Source of the DNA: Candidatus Electrothrix gigas
GTDB taxonomy: Bacteria > Desulfobacterota > Desulfobulbia > Desulfobulbales > Desulfobulbaceae
NCBI GenBank assembly: GCA_022766165.1
Contig: QYLO01000020.1
Coordinates: 23,061 to 47,060, forward strand
Reading direction: 5' to 3'
Length of the DNA stretch: 24,000 nucleotides
Shown here piece by piece: positions 23,131-24,000 of this stretch (position 1 is the first letter of the stretch; each line of letters begins with the position of its first letter). A program made the position numbers and the translations under genes. The notes under the pieces are model-generated. The model saw only the letters and a list, made by a program, of their open reading frames with translations, had not been told where the DNA came from and searched no databases.

Positions 23131-24000
23131 ATGGTTATCGGGAAAAACTTGCCAAGTTTTATTGCTGATTTTTTTGAAAAAATAGACGATAGGATTAGGG
23201 CTCACAGCCCCGGCAACGGACTGTCAAAAAAACAAAAATACTGGTTGGCTTTTTGTGTTTTGGCCACGTTAGCAACTAATTCGATATGCTGGGAAAAATT
23301 CGAAAAGGTTAGTTTGGGCAAGTACAAAAAGAATGCCCTGTCTTGGATGTTTCGTCACTCCAAAATCCCTTGGCCTTTACTCCTTCAAGCATCAGGAACT
23401 GTTCTGATAACTTTGTACAAAATTACCAGTGGGGTTCTCAATATTGATGAGACGGACAACCATCGTTCCAAACGTACAAAAAAAATTTCGTGGGTCCATA
23501 AACTCAGGGACAAGGCAACCGGTGGTTATGCTATGGGGCAATGCGTGGTGTTTCTTGTTCTTACCACATCAAGGATTACGCTTCCGGTAGGATTTAAATT
23601 TTACATGCCTGATCCAGCAGTTACTCAGTGGAGAAAAAAGTGCAAACAGCTCAAAAAAATTGGGATTCCGCCAGCTCGACGACCGAAAAGACCACCTAAA
23701 AATCCAAACTATCCTTCAAAAAATGAACTGGCGATTCAGCTTCTCAAGGAGTTTAAGGAAAAATACCCTGATATCAAGGTGAATTGCATCAACGCAGACG
23801 CATTATATGGCAACAAAAAATTCCTTAGCGGTGCCGCATCTGTCTATAAATCAACACAAATTATCAGCCAAGTAGACAGAAGCAGAAAAGTTCGCCATCG
23901 TGGCAAAAATATTAGCGTGAAAGAATATTTCTCCCGCAACTCCGGGGTTCCCCGACAGATAAAAATTCGCGGGGAAAAAGAAATAACGGCCACAATTGCC
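23131..24000 (+). mobile_element. IS element, 5' portion: IS4-superfamily (DDE_Tnp_1-type) transposase ORF running off the window
   Basis: This ORF is not in the supplied track because it has no stop in the window. I translated it manually from the ATG at 23131 as 290 codons without a stop: MVIGKNLPSF...LNIDETDNHRSKRTKKISWVHKLRDKATGGYAMGQCVVFLVL...VNCINADALYGNKKF.... The pattern fits the first two acidic residues of a DDE triad. The IS ends cannot be defined from this window. Confidence 0.8.

Overview
This looks like a largely housekeeping chromosomal window from a diderm (Gram-negative) bacterium, judging by the lipobox lipoprotein, DsbD and Tat components. Coding regions appear to be roughly 50-60% GC. 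I cannot assign taxonomy from sequence alone.

Gene order:
- 5'-truncated hybrid sensor kinase (REC-PAS-PAS-HisKA-HATPase-REC)
- convergent LysR regulator
- DsbD-type thiol:disulfide reductase
- GltS-like Na+/glutamate symporter
- 818-aa membrane-anchored TPR-like protein containing about 10 near-identical 138-bp repeats
- a visibly AT-rich ~2.7 kb islet with three small orphan envelope or secreted proteins: a glycine-zipper lipoprotein with a basic repeat tail, a DUF4234-like membrane protein, and a 3-fold symmetric secreted beta-trefoil
- RlmD/RumA-type rRNA methyltransferase
- two tandem TatA paralogs
- TrpS
- a 5'-nucleotidase/metallophosphoesterase gene broken by two frameshifts
- an in-frame MobB-like/Fe-alcohol dehydrogenase fusion
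- a CNNM (DUF21-CBS) protein
- a DUF2058 protein
- HisD
- a Uma2-family endonuclease
- the 5' part of an IS4-superfamily DDE transposase that runs off the window

Non-coding structure:
- a REP/MITE-like palindromic family (GTAGGGGCGAAT...) with three clear copies at gene 3' ends
- a four-hairpin mosaic between dsbD and gltS

I saw no rRNA, tRNA or CRISPR array and recognised no canonical defence system. The most unusual content is the AT-rich islet, especially the beta-trefoil and the repeat-tailed lipoprotein, together with the highly repetitive TPR gene. All functional calls rest on motif recognition by eye, since no searches were possible.
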